DNA of 23,634 bases from positions 1-23,634 of the forward strand of contig JBGQHJ010000073.1 of the NCBI GenBank assembly GCA_041497895.1, written 5' to 3'. This document shows positions 13,884 to 23,634 of the stretch, in pieces. The translations under genes were made by a program, and so were the position numbers. The number at the start of each line of letters is the position of its first letter. Position 1 is the stretch's first letter. Source of the DNA: Candidatus Methylomirabilia bacterium (GTDB taxonomy: Bacteria; Methylomirabilota; Methylomirabilia; Rokubacteriales; CSP1-6). Below the pieces are notes generated by a model that did no database searches, was not told the DNA's origin, and saw nothing but the letters and a program-made list of their open reading frames with translations.

Positions 13884-14812
13884 CTCGCCTGGGCCCGGAG
13901 GAGCCGCCGCGCCTCCTCCATGTCGGCGAAGACCTGCGCGCGGAGCTCCTCGACACCCGGGAACTTGCGCTCGGGCCGGATCCGCCGCAGGAAATCGAGC
14001 GTGAGCGGCCGGTCGTAGAGGTCGCCGGAGAAGTCGAACAGGTAGGCCTCGATCCAGTACTGGGACTCGTCGAAGGTGGGCCGGTAACCGAGGTTGACCA
14101 CCGCGTCGGCCACGTGCCCATCCCAGCGCGCCCGGGCCGCGTACACTCCGGCGGCCAGCACCAGCGGGCGGTCGGGCCGGAGGTTGGCGGTGGGGAATCC
14201 CAGCGTGCGCCCGCGGCCGGCCCCGCGCTGCACGGTGCCGGAGACCGAGTAGGGGCGGCCGAGCAGCGCGCCGGCGAGCTCCACGCCGCCCTCCCGCAGC
14301 GCCTCGCGGATGGTGCTCGACGACACGGTGAGCCCGTCGACCTGCAGCGGCGGCAGCACGTGGGTGACGAAACCGCGGCGGCCGCCCAGCTCGAGCAGCA
14401 GCGCCGCGGTGCCGCGCGCGCCGGCGCCGAAGGTATGGTTGAAGCCCACCACCACCTCGCGCACGCCGAGGGTGCGCACCAGGACCAGGTCCACGAAGGC
14501 CTCGGCCTCGATCCGGGAGAACTCGCGGGTGAACGGGATGACCAGCGCCGCGTCGAGGCCGTGGAGCGCGATGCGGGAGAGATTCTCCTCGAGGGTCGCG
14601 ATGGGCGCCGGCGCGAGCGCGGGCCGCAGCACCGCGGCCGGATGCGGATCGAACGTGCAGGCCACCGCGGACACCCCGAGGGCGCGCGCGCGCTCCACCG
14701 CGGTGTCGAGGATCTTGGCGTGGGCGAGATGGATCCCGTCGAACGCGCCCAGCGCGACCGCCGAGGGCCGCAGCTCAGGCGGGAAGGACGGAAGACCCGT
14801 GAGGATCCGCAT
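13880..14812 (-). CDS. ribF: Bifunctional riboflavin kinase/FAD synthetase
   Basis: Motifs ALGAFDGIHLAH, TFDPHP, VVGFNHTFG, VSSSTIR, GRTLGFPTAN, GYRPTF and IEAYLFDF. Confidence 0.96.
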   Translation of the reverse strand: MRILTGLPSFPPELRPSAVALGAFDGIHLAHAKILDTAVERARALGVSAVACTFDPHPAAVLRPALAPAPIATLEENLSRIALHGLDAALVIPFTREFSRIEAEAFVDLVLVRTLGVREVVVGFNHTFGAGARGTAALLLELGGRRGFVTHVLPPLQVDGLTVSSSTIREALREGGVELAGALLGRPYSVSGTVQRGAGRGRTLGFPTANLRPDRPLVLAAGVYAARARWDGHVADAVVNLGYRPTFDESQYWIEAYLFDFSGDLYDRPLTLDFLRRIRPERKFPGVEELRAQVFADMEEARRLLRAQAS

Positions 14813-15692
14813 GGAGCAGTCGTTCAGGCTTCACCCGGTCGCCGAGTCCCTGCCCCACCCCGAGCAGCACGTCGTCGGGGCCGTACACCCGCAGCCAGCC
14901 CGTCGCCCGCCCGCCCGCGGCCACCGCCTGCCCGTGCGCGAAGGCCCGAGCACCGTCGCCGTCCAGGCGCACCGGCGCGAGCGCGGCCAGCGCGGAGTCG
15001 GGCGGCAGGAGCCGGGCCCACAGGGCCTCGCCGCTCCGGGCCAGGCGCACCTCGTCCCAGGAGACGGCGGCCTCGAGCGTGTACGGGCCGACCCGCGTGC
15101 GCACGAGGCCGGCGAGCGCGGCGCCGCAGCCAAGCGCGGAGCCCAGGTCGGCGGCGAGCGTGCGCACGTACGTGCCCTTGCCGCAGCGGACGTGGATGAC
15201 GAAGTCGGGCAGGCTCACCGAGACCAGGCGGATCGAGTGGACGGTGACCTCGCGCGGCTCGCGCTCGACCTCGACGCCCTGCCGGGCCAGCTCGTAGAGC
15301 CGCTTGCCGCCCCGGCGCAGGGCCGAGAACATCGGCGGGATCTGGCGGATCACCCCCACGAACGGCGGGAGCGCGGCCTCGATCGCGGTGGCGTCGAGCG
15401 GCGGCACCGGCCGGGTCTCGAGCACCGCGCCGGAGAGATCCTGGCTCTCGGTGGTGACGCCGAGGCGCACGGTGGCCACGTACTCCTTGTCGAGGTCGAC
15501 GAGGTACGGCGTCAGCTTGGTGGCCTCCCCGACCAGGATGGGCAGGACCCCGGTGGCGGTCGGGTCGAGCGTGCCGCCGTGACCGATGCGCGGCGCGCGG
15601 AGGACGCGGCGGAGGTGGGCCACCACCTGGAACGACGTGACGCCCGGCCCCTTCTCGACCGGCAGGATGCCGGAGCGATGCCGATCGCTCAC
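14775..15692 (-). CDS. truB: tRNA pseudouridine(55) synthase
   Basis: Motifs KGPGVTSF, IGHGGTLDPTATGVL (catalytic Asp), QIPPMFSA, GKRLYELAR and CGKGTYVRTLA. The start is re-called to GTG 15692, overlapping the nrnA stop as GTGA. Confidence 0.96.
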   Translation of the reverse strand: MSDRHRSGILPVEKGPGVTSFQVVAHLRRVLRAPRIGHGGTLDPTATGVLPILVGEATKLTPYLVDLDKEYVATVRLGVTTESQDLSGAVLETRPVPPLDATAIEAALPPFVGVIRQIPPMFSALRRGGKRLYELARQGVEVEREPREVTVHSIRLVSVSLPDFVIHVRCGKGTYVRTLAADLGSALGCGAALAGLVRTRVGPYTLEAAVSWDEVRLARSGEALWARLLPPDSALAALAPVRLDGDGARAFAHGQAVAAGGRATGWLRVYGPDDVLLGVGQGLGDRVKPERLLHADPHGSSVLPA

Positions 15693-16696
15693 GACGCGGT
15701 GCCGTCCAGGGCCTGGCGGACCGCGGCCAGCAGCGCCGCCTTCGCCTCGGCGAGCGGCCCCGGCAGGGTGCACCCGGCCGCGTTCTCGTGCCCGCCTCCA
15801 CCGAAGCGATGCGCGATCCGGTTCACCGGTACGTCGCCCTTGCCCCGGAGGCTCGCCTTCACCCGCCCGTCCGACTCGGCGCGGAGCAGGACCGCCACCT
15901 TGACCCCCGCGATCGAGCGCGGGTAGGTCACGAGATCCTCGGCGGCCATGAACTCCTCGGAGGCCGCGCCCTCGGGCACGGTCAGCGTGGCGACCCGGCC
16001 GTCCTCGGAGAGCTCCACGCGGCCGAGCAGGCTCCCCAGGACCGCGAGCGCGTCCTTGGGACGGCGCTGGTAGAGGCGGTCCGTCACGAGCGCGGGCTCG
16101 GCGCCCGCCGCGGTGAGCGCGGCGGCGATCCGGAAGGTGCGCGGCGTGGTGTTCGAGTAGCGGAACGAGCCGGTGTCGGTGTGGACCGCGGTGTAGAGGC
16201 CGAGGGCGACTTCGGGCCGGATCGGCCACCCGAGGGCGACGAGCAGGTCGTGGATCATCTCGCCGGTCGCGGCCGCGGACGGGTCGATCCAGTTGATGGT
16301 CCCGTAGCGACGATTGTCCGGGTGGTGATCGATGTTCAGCACCCGGCTGTCCGGACCGCGCACGCCCGCGAGCAGCCCCTCGGTGCGGCCGTCGTTCGGG
16401 CAATCGGTGAGCACGATGGTGTCGAACCGCCGCGGCGCGGTCCGCCACACCTGCCAGCGGTCGCCGCCCGGGATGAAGTCGAGGACCGCGGGCACCGGGT
16501 CGGGCCCCGCGTAGCTCACCGTCCAGCCGGCCGACTCCATCGCGAGCCCGAGCCCCAGCAGGGTGCCGAGCACGTCGCCGTCGGGATGGACGTGGCCCAG
16601 CATGAGGGCCGTGCCGCGGGGCCGGCGGAGCGCGTCGAGCAGCTCCGCGGGCGGCTGCTCGGAGACCACGGTGGTGCCGGGCGGGTTGCCGCTCAC
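15689..16696 (-). CDS. nrnA: DHH/DHHA1 phosphoesterase (bifunctional oligoribonuclease/pAp phosphatase, NrnA-like)
   Basis: Motifs HVHPDGD, LTDC, NIDHH, TDTGSFRY, SLR and GGGGHENAAG. It sits in the usual position between rbfA and truB. Confidence 0.92.
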   Translation of the reverse strand: MSGNPPGTTVVSEQPPAELLDALRRPRGTALMLGHVHPDGDVLGTLLGLGLAMESAGWTVSYAGPDPVPAVLDFIPGGDRWQVWRTAPRRFDTIVLTDCPNDGRTEGLLAGVRGPDSRVLNIDHHPDNRRYGTINWIDPSAAATGEMIHDLLVALGWPIRPEVALGLYTAVHTDTGSFRYSNTTPRTFRIAAALTAAGAEPALVTDRLYQRRPKDALAVLGSLLGRVELSEDGRVATLTVPEGAASEEFMAAEDLVTYPRSIAGVKVAVLLRAESDGRVKASLRGKGDVPVNRIAHRFGGGGHENAAGCTLPGPLAEAKAALLAAVRQALDGTAS

Positions 16697-16697
16697 C

Positions 16698-17066
16698 TCA
16701 CTCGTCCTCCGGCGCGGCCGTCCCCTTGGCGCGCAGATCGGCCAGGAGCGACTGGATGTGCGCGGCGTGCTCCATGGAGCGGTCGGGACGGAAGAGCAGC
16801 TCCGGGGTCGTGCGCAGGTCGAGATGGCGACGCAGCCAGCTCCACACGAAGCCGCGCGCGCTCTCGAGGGCCTTGAACGAGGACGCCCACTGCTCCTCGG
16901 GGCCGAGGACCGACACGTACACCTTCGCGTGCTTGAGGTCCGGGCTCGTGTCCACCTCGGTGACGGTGACGAACCCGAGCCGCGGGTCCTTGAGCTGGCG
17001 CTGGACGAGCATCGAGATCTCTTCCTTGATGAGCTGGTTCACCCGCTCGAGCCGCTTGGCCTGCAT
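16698..17066 (-). CDS. rbfA: Ribosome-binding factor A
   Basis: Motifs RLERVNQLIKEEIS, KDPRLGFVTVTEV, SPDLKHAKVYVS and LRTTPELLF. Confidence 0.97.
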   Translation of the reverse strand: MQAKRLERVNQLIKEEISMLVQRQLKDPRLGFVTVTEVDTSPDLKHAKVYVSVLGPEEQWASSFKALESARGFVWSWLRRHLDLRTTPELLFRPDRSMEHAAHIQSLLADLRAKGTAAPEDE

Positions 17067-17125
17067 TACTCCGGTAGCACCTTTCTTGTATTCGCTCGTC
17101 TCGCCTACGCCTGCGCCTCGCCCTG

Positions 17126-17416
17126 CTACAAGATCTCGACCTGGATGTCGGTCACCCAGCCGTCGACGTGGTCCTCGATGTAGTCCATGGCCTTGGAGAT
17201 TACCTCGTTGGCGTGGCGGGAATCGCCGGAGACGCAGGCCAGGGCCAGGGTCGCGCGCTGCCAGACGTCGTGATGATCCACCTCCGCGACCGAGATCTCG
17301 AACCGCCGTCGCAGGGTGTCCTTGAGTCCCTTCAGGGCGCGGCGCTTGCCCTTGAGCGATCCGATGTCCGGCAGGTGCAGCTCGACGGTGCCGACCGCCA
17401 CCCGCGCTCCCGACAC
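17126..17416 (-). CDS. DUF503 (YlxP-like) protein
   Basis: VAVGTVELHLPDIGSLKGKR...RRRFEISVAEVDHHDVWQRATLALACVS, in the conserved position between infB and rbfA. The start is GTG 17416, or GTG 17401, which has GGGAG upstream. Confidence 0.9.
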   Translation of the reverse strand: MSGARVAVGTVELHLPDIGSLKGKRRALKGLKDTLRRRFEISVAEVDHHDVWQRATLALACVSGDSRHANEVISKAMDYIEDHVDGWVTDIQVEIL

Positions 17417-17427
17417 TGGTCGACGCC

Positions 17428-19968
17428 CTACAGGGTACGGGCGACCTCTTCGGTGGTGAAGGCCTCGATGACGTCGTTCGGCTGCACGCCCTTGATCCCC
17501 TCGATGCCGATGCCGCACTCGAGCCCCTGCAGCACCTCGCGCACGTCGTCCTTGAAGCGCTTGAGCGAGTTGATGGTGCTCTCGCCCAGCACGGTCTCGC
17601 CGCGCTTGATACGGGCGCGGGCCCCGCGGACGATCTTGCCGTCGCTGACCGAGGAGCCGTAGATCGTGCCGATCTTGGAGATGGGGAAGAGCTGGCGCAC
17701 CTGGGCCCGGCCCAGCACCACCTCGCGGATCTCCGGGGCGAGCATGCCGGACAGGGCCGCCTTCACGTCGTTGATCGCGTCGTAGATGACGTTGTAGCTG
17801 CGCATGTCCACGCCGTTGGCCTGCGCCTGGCTCGTCGCCTTGGGGTCCGCCTTCACGTTGAAGCCCAGCACGATGGCGTTGGAGGCGGAGGCGAGCATCA
17901 CGTCCGACTCGGTCACCCCGCCCACCGAGCTGTGGATGACCTTGAGCTTGACCTCGTCGGTCGACAGGCGCTCGAGCGACTCGGTGAGGGCCTCGACCGA
18001 GCCCTGCACGTCCGCCTTGATCACGAGGCGCAGCTCCTTGACCTCGCCCGCCGCGATCTGCTTGTGCAGGTCCTCGAGCGTGATCCGGGTCGCGCCCTTG
18101 CCCTTCAGCCGGTCGCGCTCGCTGCGCACGGTGGCGATCTGGCGCGCCTTCCGCTCGTCGGCGACGACCAGCATGGTGTCGCCCGCCTGCGGGACGCCGG
18201 AGAGGCCCAGGATCTCGACCGGATCCGACGGCCCCGCGCTCGTGACCTTCTTGCCGCGGTCGTTGAACATCGCGCGCACGCGCCCGGCGTGCGAGCCGAC
18301 CACCACCGCGTCGCCTTCCCGGAGCGTGCCCGACTGGATGAGGGCGGTGGCCACCGGACCGCGGCCGCGGTCGAGCCGGCCTTCCACGATCACTCCGCGC
18401 CCGGCCCGCCCGGGATTCGCGCGCAGCTCGAGGATCTCGGCCTGCAGCGCGGTCATCTCGAGGAGCTGCGGGATGCCGTCGCCCCGCTTGGCCGAGGTGT
18501 GGATGAAGATGGTCTGGCCGCCCCAGTCCTCCGGCACCAGGCCCTGGTTGGCGAGCTCGCGCTTGACCCGGTCCGGATCGGCGCCCGGCTTGTCGATCTT
18601 GTTCACCGCCACCAGGATCGGCACGTTGGCCGCCTTGGCGTGGTTGATCGCCTCCACCGTCTGGGGCATCACTCCGTCGTCGGCCGCGACGACGAGGATG
18701 ACCATGTCGGTGGCCTGGGCCCCGCGCGCGCGCATGGCGGTGAAGGCCTCGTGGCCCGGGGTGTCCAAGAAGGTGACCTTGCCGTGGCTCGTGTCCACCT
18801 GGTACGCGCCGATGTGCTGGGTGATGCCGCCGAACTCGCGCTCCGCCACCTTGGTGGTGCGGATCGCGTCGAGCAGCGACGTCTTGCCGTGGTCGACGTG
18901 GCCCATGACCGTGACCACCGGCGGCCGCGTCCGCAGCTGCGCCGGATCGGACTCTTCCTCCTCGAGCAGATCACCCTCGAGCGAGCGGACCTCCACGTCG
19001 AAGTGGAACCGATCGGCGACCAGCTTGGCCGCGGTCGGATCGAGCACCTCGTTGACGGTGGCCATGACCCCCAGCTCGACGAGCGCCTTGATCACCTCGG
19101 TCGCCTTGTGGCGCATCGCGGCCGCCAGCTCACCGACCGTAACCGACTCCGGCAGCTTTATCAGCTCCCGCTTGATCTCCTGCGGCGGCTCGGGCGGCGG
19201 CGGGAGCGGCCGGGACGGCGCGGCGGGCGCGACGGGGGCCGCCGCGGCCGCGACTGCGGCGGCGGCCGGACGGACGGGCTGCGGCGGAGCCGCCGGCCGG
19301 GACGGTACCGGAGGCGCGGCCGGGCGAGGGACCGCGGCGGGCGGCACCGCGGGACGGACCGGCGGCGCTGGCGGTGCCATCGGGCGCTTCTGCACCGGCG
19401 GCGCCGGACGCACTTCGACGGGCGCCGCGGGAGCGGCCACGGCCGGACGCACGGGCGGCGGCGGCACGAGCGGCGCGGCCGGCTTGGGAGGCGCGGCGGG
19501 AACGGCCGGGGGCGGAGCCACCGTGGCGGCCGGGACGATCGGCGGCGCGGGGGCGATCTCGGCCGGCGCCGGAGGCGGTACCGTGGCGGGCGCGGGACGG
19601 AAGATCGTCGCCGCGGGCTTGACCAACTCGAGCGCCGGCTTCAGCTCGACGGCCGCGGGCGCCTCCTCACCGACCTTGGCGGCCTTCTTGCCGCGGGCCG
19701 GAGCGCCGTCGCCGGCCGGCTTCTTCTTCGGCGCCGCGACCGCCTCTCCCTCCGCCGGCTTCGGCTTGGGAGCGCGCTTGGGCTTCGCCTCCGCGGGCAG
19801 ATCGCGGCCGCGTCCGAGCTTGACCCGCAGCTCGTTGGCCGTCGCGGCGAGGAGCGGGCTCATGGCCCGCATGCCCTTGTGGCCCATGCCCTCGAGCGCC
19901 ACGATCAAATCCTTGCTGGTGACGCCCAGCTCCTTCGCCAGGTCGATGACCTTTACCCGTCCCGCCAC
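17428..19968 (-). CDS. infB: Translation initiation factor IF-2
   Basis: IF2_N ([11 protein letters not shown]), a Pro/Ala-rich linker, [49 protein letters not shown] and [12 protein letters not shown] start with GGAGGT. Confidence 0.98.
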   Translation of the reverse strand: MAGRVKVIDLAKELGVTSKDLIVALEGMGHKGMRAMSPLLAATANELRVKLGRGRDLPAEAKPKRAPKPKPAEGEAVAAPKKKPAGDGAPARGKKAAKVGEEAPAAVELKPALELVKPAATIFRPAPATVPPPAPAEIAPAPPIVPAATVAPPPAVPAAPPKPAAPLVPPPPVRPAVAAPAAPVEVRPAPPVQKRPMAPPAPPVRPAVPPAAVPRPAAPPVPSRPAAPPQPVRPAAAAVAAAAAPVAPAAPSRPLPPPPEPPQEIKRELIKLPESVTVGELAAAMRHKATEVIKALVELGVMATVNEVLDPTAAKLVADRFHFDVEVRSLEGDLLEEEESDPAQLRTRPPVVTVMGHVDHGKTSLLDAIRTTKVAEREFGGITQHIGAYQVDTSHGKVTFLDTPGHEAFTAMRARGAQATDMVILVVAADDGVMPQTVEAINHAKAANVPILVAVNKIDKPGADPDRVKRELANQGLVPEDWGGQTIFIHTSAKRGDGIPQLLEMTALQAEILELRANPGRAGRGVIVEGRLDRGRGPVATALIQSGTLREGDAVVVGSHAGRVRAMFNDRGKKVTSAGPSDPVEILGLSGVPQAGDTMLVVADERKARQIATVRSERDRLKGKGATRITLEDLHKQIAAGEVKELRLVIKADVQGSVEALTESLERLSTDEVKLKVIHSSVGGVTESDVMLASASNAIVLGFNVKADPKATSQAQANGVDMRSYNVIYDAINDVKAALSGMLAPEIREVVLGRAQVRQLFPISKIGTIYGSSVSDGKIVRGARARIKRGETVLGESTINSLKRFKDDVREVLQGLECGIGIEGIKGVQPNDVIEAFTTEEVARTL

Positions 19969-19974
19969 GCGCGA

Positions 19975-20246
19975 TTACCTCCCCTTCCAGCTCGCCAGAA
20001 TAGCCACCGGGCTCTCCTGCGGCGGCCGGCTCGGCTTCTTGAACGCGTGCCCGAGCCGCCCCGCCTGCAGCGCCTTCTCCACACACTCGACGGCGGCGCA
20101 GATGTACGCGCCCCGCCCCGCCGCCCTGCCCTGATTATCCACCCGCACGTCCCCGCTCTCGCCCCGAACCAGCCGGATCAGGTCCGCCTGCGGCCGCACC
20201 GTCCGGCACGCGATGCAGGTCCGCTCCGGCCGGCCGCCTCGACCGC

Positions 20247-20250
<4 letters not shown>
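19975..20250 (-). CDS. ylxR: YlxR/DUF448 family RNA-binding protein (RNase P modulator RnpM-like)
   Basis: PERTCIACR...LIRLVR...GRGAYIC...C, between nusA and infB. The best-fitting start is CTG 20250-20248, overlapping the nusA TGA as CTGA. The start call is an inference. Confidence 0.88.
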
Positions 20251-21613
<1,363 letters not shown>

Positions 21614-21614
<1 letters not shown>

Positions 21615-22096
21615 CACTTGGTCCGCCCGAACGCCTGCAGCTGCAGGCGCGCCTTCGTCACCAGCCGGCGCGGTACCTCGCGCCGCGTTCCCACTTCCTC
21701 CTCCAGCATCAGCGCGGTCGGCGACACCTCCACCAGCCGCCCCGCGAACTCGGTCCGCCCGTCCAGCGGCTCCCCGACCCAGCAATGCACATCCCGGCCG
21801 ATGGCCCAGCGGAGCTCCCGATCCTTCTTCAGCACCCGATCGAGTCCCGGCGAGGACACCTCGAGATCATACGCGGGCTCGATCAAGCCGGATACGTCCA
21901 GCACGTCGCCGGCCTCCCGGCTGAACGACTGGCAATCCTGGATGCCCACGCCACCGGGCTTGTCCACGAAGAACCGCAGCACCCACCGGCGGCCCTCACG
22001 ACGCCACTCGGTGTCCACGAGGTCCAGGCCCCGCGAGGCGAGCACCGGCGCCACGACCGCTTCGATCCGGTCGAGCCACTGTGCATCGTCCACCAT
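21614..22096 (-). CDS. rimP: Ribosome maturation factor RimP
   Basis: LRFFVDKPGGVGIQDCQSFSR and YDLEVSSPGLDR; directly upstream of nusA. Confidence 0.95.
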
Positions 22097-22110
22097 GCCC
22101 TGTCCCCCAG

Positions 22111-22140
22111 AAAAAAAAGTGGGCGACGGCCCACTTTTTT
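22111..22140 (-). terminator. rimP-leader intrinsic terminator/attenuator hairpin
   Basis: mRNA sense AAAAAAGTGGGC-CGTC-GCCCACTTTTTTTT: a perfect 12-bp stem counting the A/U pairs, with a U8 tail, 14 nt before the rimP ATG. It resembles the widely conserved GTGGG...CCCAC leader terminator of rimP-nusA operons. The flanking A/T tracts make it potentially bidirectional. Confidence 0.88.
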
Positions 22141-22144
22141 CAGG

Positions 22145-22173
22145 ACTTTAGCACAGGGATCCGACCCCCGCAA
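22145..22173 (-). promoter_or_regulatory. Putative sigma70 promoter of the rimP-nusA-infB operon (extended -10)
   Basis: The minus strand reads TTGCGG (22173-22168), a 17-nt spacer ending in TGC, then TAAAGT (22150-22145). Confidence 0.72.
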
Positions 22174-22194
22174 GGGGCCGGAGATCCGGATAGC

Positions 22195-23634
22195 CTATGA
22201 AATCGTTTGCGCCATCTCCCGGATCACCGCGACCACCTCCGCCTTCGGCACCCGCCGATCCGCGCGGGTGGCGCGCTGCCGCACCTCGACCACGCCCTCC
22301 TTGGCCAGGGCATTGCCGATGGTCACCCGGATCGGGACCCCGAGCAAGTCGGCGTCCTTGAACTTCACCCCGGCCCGCTCCTCTCGGTCGTCGATGAGGA
22401 CGTCGAACCCGGCCGCCCGCAGCGCCTGGTAGATCTCCTCGGCGGCCGCCATCTGCCCGCCATCCTTGACCGACACCGGTACGAGGTGCACGTGGAAGGG
22501 TGCGATGGCCCAGGGCCAGACGATGCCGTCGGCGTCATGGCGCTGCTCCACCGCCGCCGCCGCGATCCGGGCCGGACCGATGCCGTAGGAGCCCATCACG
22601 ATCGGCTGCTGCTGGCCCCGCTCGTCCAGGTACGTGGCCCCGAGCGGGACCGAGTACTGGGTGCCGAGCTTGAAGATGTTGCCGACCTCGATCACCCGCT
22701 CGATCCGGAGCGGCTTCCCGCAGTTGGGACACCCCTCGCCGGCCAGCGCCACCTGGAGGTCGGCCCACTCGCAGGCGAAGTCCGTCCCCGGGGTCACCCC
22801 GACCACGTGGAAGCCCTCGCGGTTGGCGCCCACCACGTAGCGGCCCTGGCGCAGCGACTCGTCGGCGATGACGCGAGCCCCGCGGACCCCGAGCGGCCCG
22901 ACCGAGCCCGGCGCGACCCCCAGGTGCTGCTTGACCTCCTCCGGATGGGCGGGCCGCCCCTCGGCCTGGAGCGCGCGGGCGAGCTTGCGCTCGTGGAGCG
23001 CGTGGTCGCCCCGCACGAGCGCCAGCACCGGGCCGTCGGGCCCGATGAAGACCAGGGTCTTGATGGTGGCAGCGGGATCGATCTTGAGCTGGGCCGAGAC
23101 CTCGGCGATGGTGCGGGCGCCCGGCGTCGCGACCTCCTCGCGCTTGGCGTCGGAGACGGCCGGGGCGCTCGGCACCCCGCGGGCCAGCTCCACGTTGGCC
23201 GCGTAGCCGCAGGCGTCGCAGAGGGCCACGTCATCCTCCCCGGCCACGCTCGGGGCCATGAACTCGTGCGAGCCGGAGCCGCCCATCATGCCGGGATCCG
23301 ACTGCACCACCACGTAGGTGATCCCGCAGCGGTCGAAGATGCGGCAGTACGCGTCCTTGTGGGCGTCGTAGGAGATCTCGAGCGCGGCCGCGTCCGGATC
23401 GAGGGTGTAGGAGTCCTTCATGAGGAACTCCCGCGTGCGCAGCACGCCCGAGCGCGGGCGCGCCTCGTCCCGCTCCTTGGTCTGGATCTGGTCCCAGATC
23501 TGGGGCAGGTCGCGGTAGGAGCGGATCTCGTGCGCGGCCAGCCAGGCGATGACCTCCTCGTGGGTCATGCCGAGGCACATGTCGCGCCCGTTGCGGTCCT
23601 TCAGCCGGAACATCTCGCCGCCGATCACGTCCCA
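22195..23634 (-). CDS. proS: Proline--tRNA ligase (bacterial type with INS editing domain), 5'-truncated by the window
   Basis: Motifs LGMTHEE, motif 2 RDEARPRSGVLRTREFLMKDSY, GGSGSHEF, INS domain TIKTLVF, IEVGNIFKLG, MGSYGIG and GVKFKDADLLGVP. The frame stays open to the window edge. Confidence 0.97.
   Translation of the reverse strand, partial: WDVIGGEMFRLKDRNGRDMCLGMTHEEVIAWLAAHEIRSYRDLPQIWDQIQTKERDEARPRSGVLRTREFLMKDSYTLDPDAAALEISYDAHKDAYCRIFDRCGITYVVVQSDPGMMGGSGSHEFMAPSVAGEDDVALCDACGYAANVELARGVPSAPAVSDAKREEVATPGARTIAEVSAQLKIDPAATIKTLVFIGPDGPVLALVRGDHALHERKLARALQAEGRPAHPEEVKQHLGVAPGSVGPLGVRGARVIADESLRQGRYVVGANREGFHVVGVTPGTDFACEWADLQVALAGEGCPNCGKPLRIERVIEVGNIFKLGTQYSVPLGATYLDERGQQQPIVMGSYGIGPARIAAAAVEQRHDADGIVWPWAIAPFHVHLVPVSVKDGGQMAAAEEIYQALRAAGFDVLIDDREERAGVKFKDADLLGVPIRVTIGNALAKEGVVEVRQRATRADRRVPKAEVVAVIREMAQTIS

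Noticed and set aside
19177..19620. Repetitive GC-rich stretch in infB as a CRISPR array or DNA tandem repeat
   Set aside because: There are no identical, regularly spaced repeats. The pattern reflects Pro/Ala codons in frame within IF2.

Overview
This is a GC-rich bacterial core-genome window (roughly 70% GC by eye), with all credible genes on the minus strand in one tightly packed run. In order of transcription the genes are proS (5'-truncated), rimP, nusA, ylxR, infB, DUF503/ylxP, rbfA, nrnA, truB, ribF, rpsO, pnp, an M16 peptidase, purB, purS, purQ, purL, purF, purM, purN, purH, and a 3'-truncated HTH+TPR gene that the ORF track does not list. Three sigma70-like promoters with exact 17-nt spacers lie upstream of rimP, rpsO and purQ, and a rimP-leader terminator hairpin is present. 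I found no mobile element, CRISPR array, tRNA or rRNA gene, or defence island, and I cannot claim a new multi-gene system. The best leads are small. The HTH-TPR gene after purH has no canonical start codon for its N-terminal domain. ylxR appears to start at CTG. The rpsO leader can fold into a three-way junction, a candidate S15 autoregulatory RNA. An internal promoter separates purS from purQL. Clamp-binding-like QxxL(x)F motifs occur in PurF and in the TPR protein. The overall style suggests a Rokubacteria/Methylomirabilota-like organism, but this is an unverified impression. The long plus-strand ORFs are antisense shadows of GC-rich codon usage.
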